64,000 nt of DNA from Candidatus Margulisiibacteriota bacterium (GTDB lineage Bacteria; Margulisbacteria; Marinamargulisbacteria; JBFWNS01). A program made the position numbers and the translations under genes. Of this stretch, positions 62,648 through 64,000 are shown piece by piece (positions within the stretch are counted from its first letter, which is position 1; every line of letters begins with the position of its first letter). The notes beneath the pieces are model-generated. The model saw nothing but the letters and a program-made list of their open reading frames with translations, made no database searches and was not told where the DNA came from. The stretch spans positions 1 through 64,000 of the forward strand of contig JBFWNS010000008.1 of NCBI GenBank assembly GCA_050250935.1, written 5' to 3'.

Positions 62648-62715
62648 GATTTATATACACAAATGCATAGCATTTGTGGGTCGGAACTTTGAAGTAAATT
62701 CAAAATTCCTCCCGC

Positions 62716-62840
62716 TGCGCGGCTTCTGAAGTTCAGGGGACTCAGAGACCGTGATGGAACACTTGGGACAGGACATGCAACGTGCGCGGCTTCTGAAGGT
62801 CAAGGGACTCAGAACCCGTTGTGGAGCGCTTAGGACAGAA
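62716..62840. repeat. Two imperfect 58-bp direct repeats with 67-bp period
   Basis: TGCGCGGCTTCTGAAG..CA.GGGACTCAGA...GGACAG at 62716 and 62783. Confidence 0.85.
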
Positions 62841-62923
62841 CCGTGTGGGTCGGAACTTAAGCTCGAGAATTCTAGCAGTAAATTAAATCTTTAAAAAGGT
62901 GTTTTTAAGGGTACTATGGTTGC

Positions 62924-64000
62924 ATGAGAGCTGGAAATGAAAATATAACACCTGTAAATTGGCCTTCGCCGCGCTCGGCTGGGGCAGCTTCGGCTGCTGC
63001 TGCGAGTGCTGGGGGTGTGCCTATGGGAGGGGCTTTGCCGGTCCATCAACCGGTTTCAACCGAAAGAATTGGGTTGATGGTTCCACTCCCTGCTGTGTTT
63101 CGGCAAACGCCTGGGCAGATGAATTTGCTATTGCCGCAAAACGCGACCGTCTCGGTCGTGATGCATTTACATCGCCCCACTATAGAGTGTCTTTTAATGC
63201 CGCCAAAAGCCGGCAATCGGGGGACTGTGCGGATACTTCCGATAGGCGATGGAATCGTCTTAAAAGGGGTTGAAACGGCCGAAGAATTGGACCTAGAGCA
63301 GCTAACCCAAGTGCTCTATAGGGAAGGACACATAGCTGTTCCCCAATCGGATTGTGAATCGTGTGGGCCTGTGGCAAACGCGTTTCGGCAGCAAATTTTA
63401 ACGCGCTTAATCGAAAATAAACGATACAGAGACCCCAGTTTTGGGGCAGATGGGGTCATTTATCCGGATGAAATGCCCGAAGTTAATGATTATGTGGACC
63501 ATGTGATGGTGATGCCCCTGGTGCATGGGACAACTTTGGAAGAGGTCTTAACAACCCCCGCCAAATCAGCTCTATTTTTTGAGCAATTACTCGACTATGC
63601 GGGTGAACTGGGTCGCATCGCATTGATGGATATTTTATGCAAAAATGCGGATAGAGTGGTTAATGCCTATAGCGAAAATGGCGAGGCTAAGTTTCATTCA
63701 GGAACAGGTCTCAACAACGGAAATTTGTTGATTTATTCGCATGAAGGTCTTTTAGGTGGGTTGATTTGTATCGATAATGCTGGCGGCGTGAGTAACCCCT
63801 TAGAATCAACTGAGTTGGAAGTCAGGAGTTTTAAATCTTTTTTAGCCCAAGAGCGTGTAATAGCCGAGCGGGTGTGGGATGCACTGATTCCTTATGCCAG
63901 CGAAGATCCGTCTCCAACAGAAGTTTCAGGATGCACAAAATCCGATTTCGTGGAATCCTTTACAAAAGGATTTCGCCGTCAACAGACCGTTTTAGCCAGG
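62924..64000 (+). CDS. Actin-fragmin kinase / PI3-PI4-kinase-like atypical kinase, partial (runs off the right edge)
   Basis: Manual translation gives 359 open codons: IVLK, HIAVP, MVMPLVHGTTL, LGRIALMDILCKNADR...NNGNLLI...LICIDN; absent from the ORF track because it has no stop. Confidence 0.7.
   Translation, partial: MRAGNENITPVNWPSPRSAGAASAAAASAGGVPMGGALPVHQPVSTERIGLMVPLPAVFRQTPGQMNLLLPQNATVSVVMHLHRPTIECLLMPPKAGNRGTVRILPIGDGIVLKGVETAEELDLEQLTQVLYREGHIAVPQSDCESCGPVANAFRQQILTRLIENKRYRDPSFGADGVIYPDEMPEVNDYVDHVMVMPLVHGTTLEEVLTTPAKSALFFEQLLDYAGELGRIALMDILCKNADRVVNAYSENGEAKFHSGTGLNNGNLLIYSHEGLLGGLICIDNAGGVSNPLESTELEVRSFKSFLAQERVIAERVWDALIPYASEDPSPTEVSGCTKSDFVESFTKGFRRQQTVLAR

Noticed and set aside
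62142..62840. CRISPR array
   Set aside because: Units are 194 and 67 bp, only two copies each, without unique spacers; no cas genes in the window
62959..63377. ORF-track entries 62959..63273 and 63180..63377
   Set aside because: Both lie inside the longer kinase-like frame starting at 62924

Overview
Bacterial chromosomal window from a probably diderm organism. The gene mix (cyanobacteria-type HtpG, yqeK-LCP-rsfS, UPF0182, GT9, outer-membrane barrel) is tentatively compatible with Ca. Margulisbacteria or a relative; this is inference only. The backbone carries leuS, pckA, comEC, sodC, prs, a sulfate ABC transporter (sbp-cysT-cysW-cysA), a CDP-3,6-dideoxyhexose (tyvelose/paratose) surface-polysaccharide locus, htpG, trpD and three tRNAs (Met, Ala, Ser). 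Between these genes, and concentrated from 50.7 to 64 kb, are single genes for eukaryote-like, effector-like proteins: a Ser/Thr kinase, a mitochondrial-carrier (SLC25)-like protein, an F-box protein, an ankyrin/Gly-aromatic repeat protein, two putative Cys-His-Asp enzymes, and an actin-fragmin-kinase-like ORF missing from the ORF track. Main discovery: five of the orphan or effector-like genes have the same upstream motif, TGCAAT-N16/17-CGATAA, and two more have degenerate copies. The geometry matches a sigma-28/FliA promoter, suggesting a dispersed, co-regulated effector regulon that may be exported through a flagellar-type secretion system. Also found: a PqqD/HPr-kinase-like/GT/nucleotidyltransferase cassette, a Y1 transposase with perfect 30-bp inverted repeats, an 84-bp hairpin element present twice that overlaps a 29-aa hydrophobic ORF, and 194-bp tandem repeats containing the tRNA-Ser 3' end.
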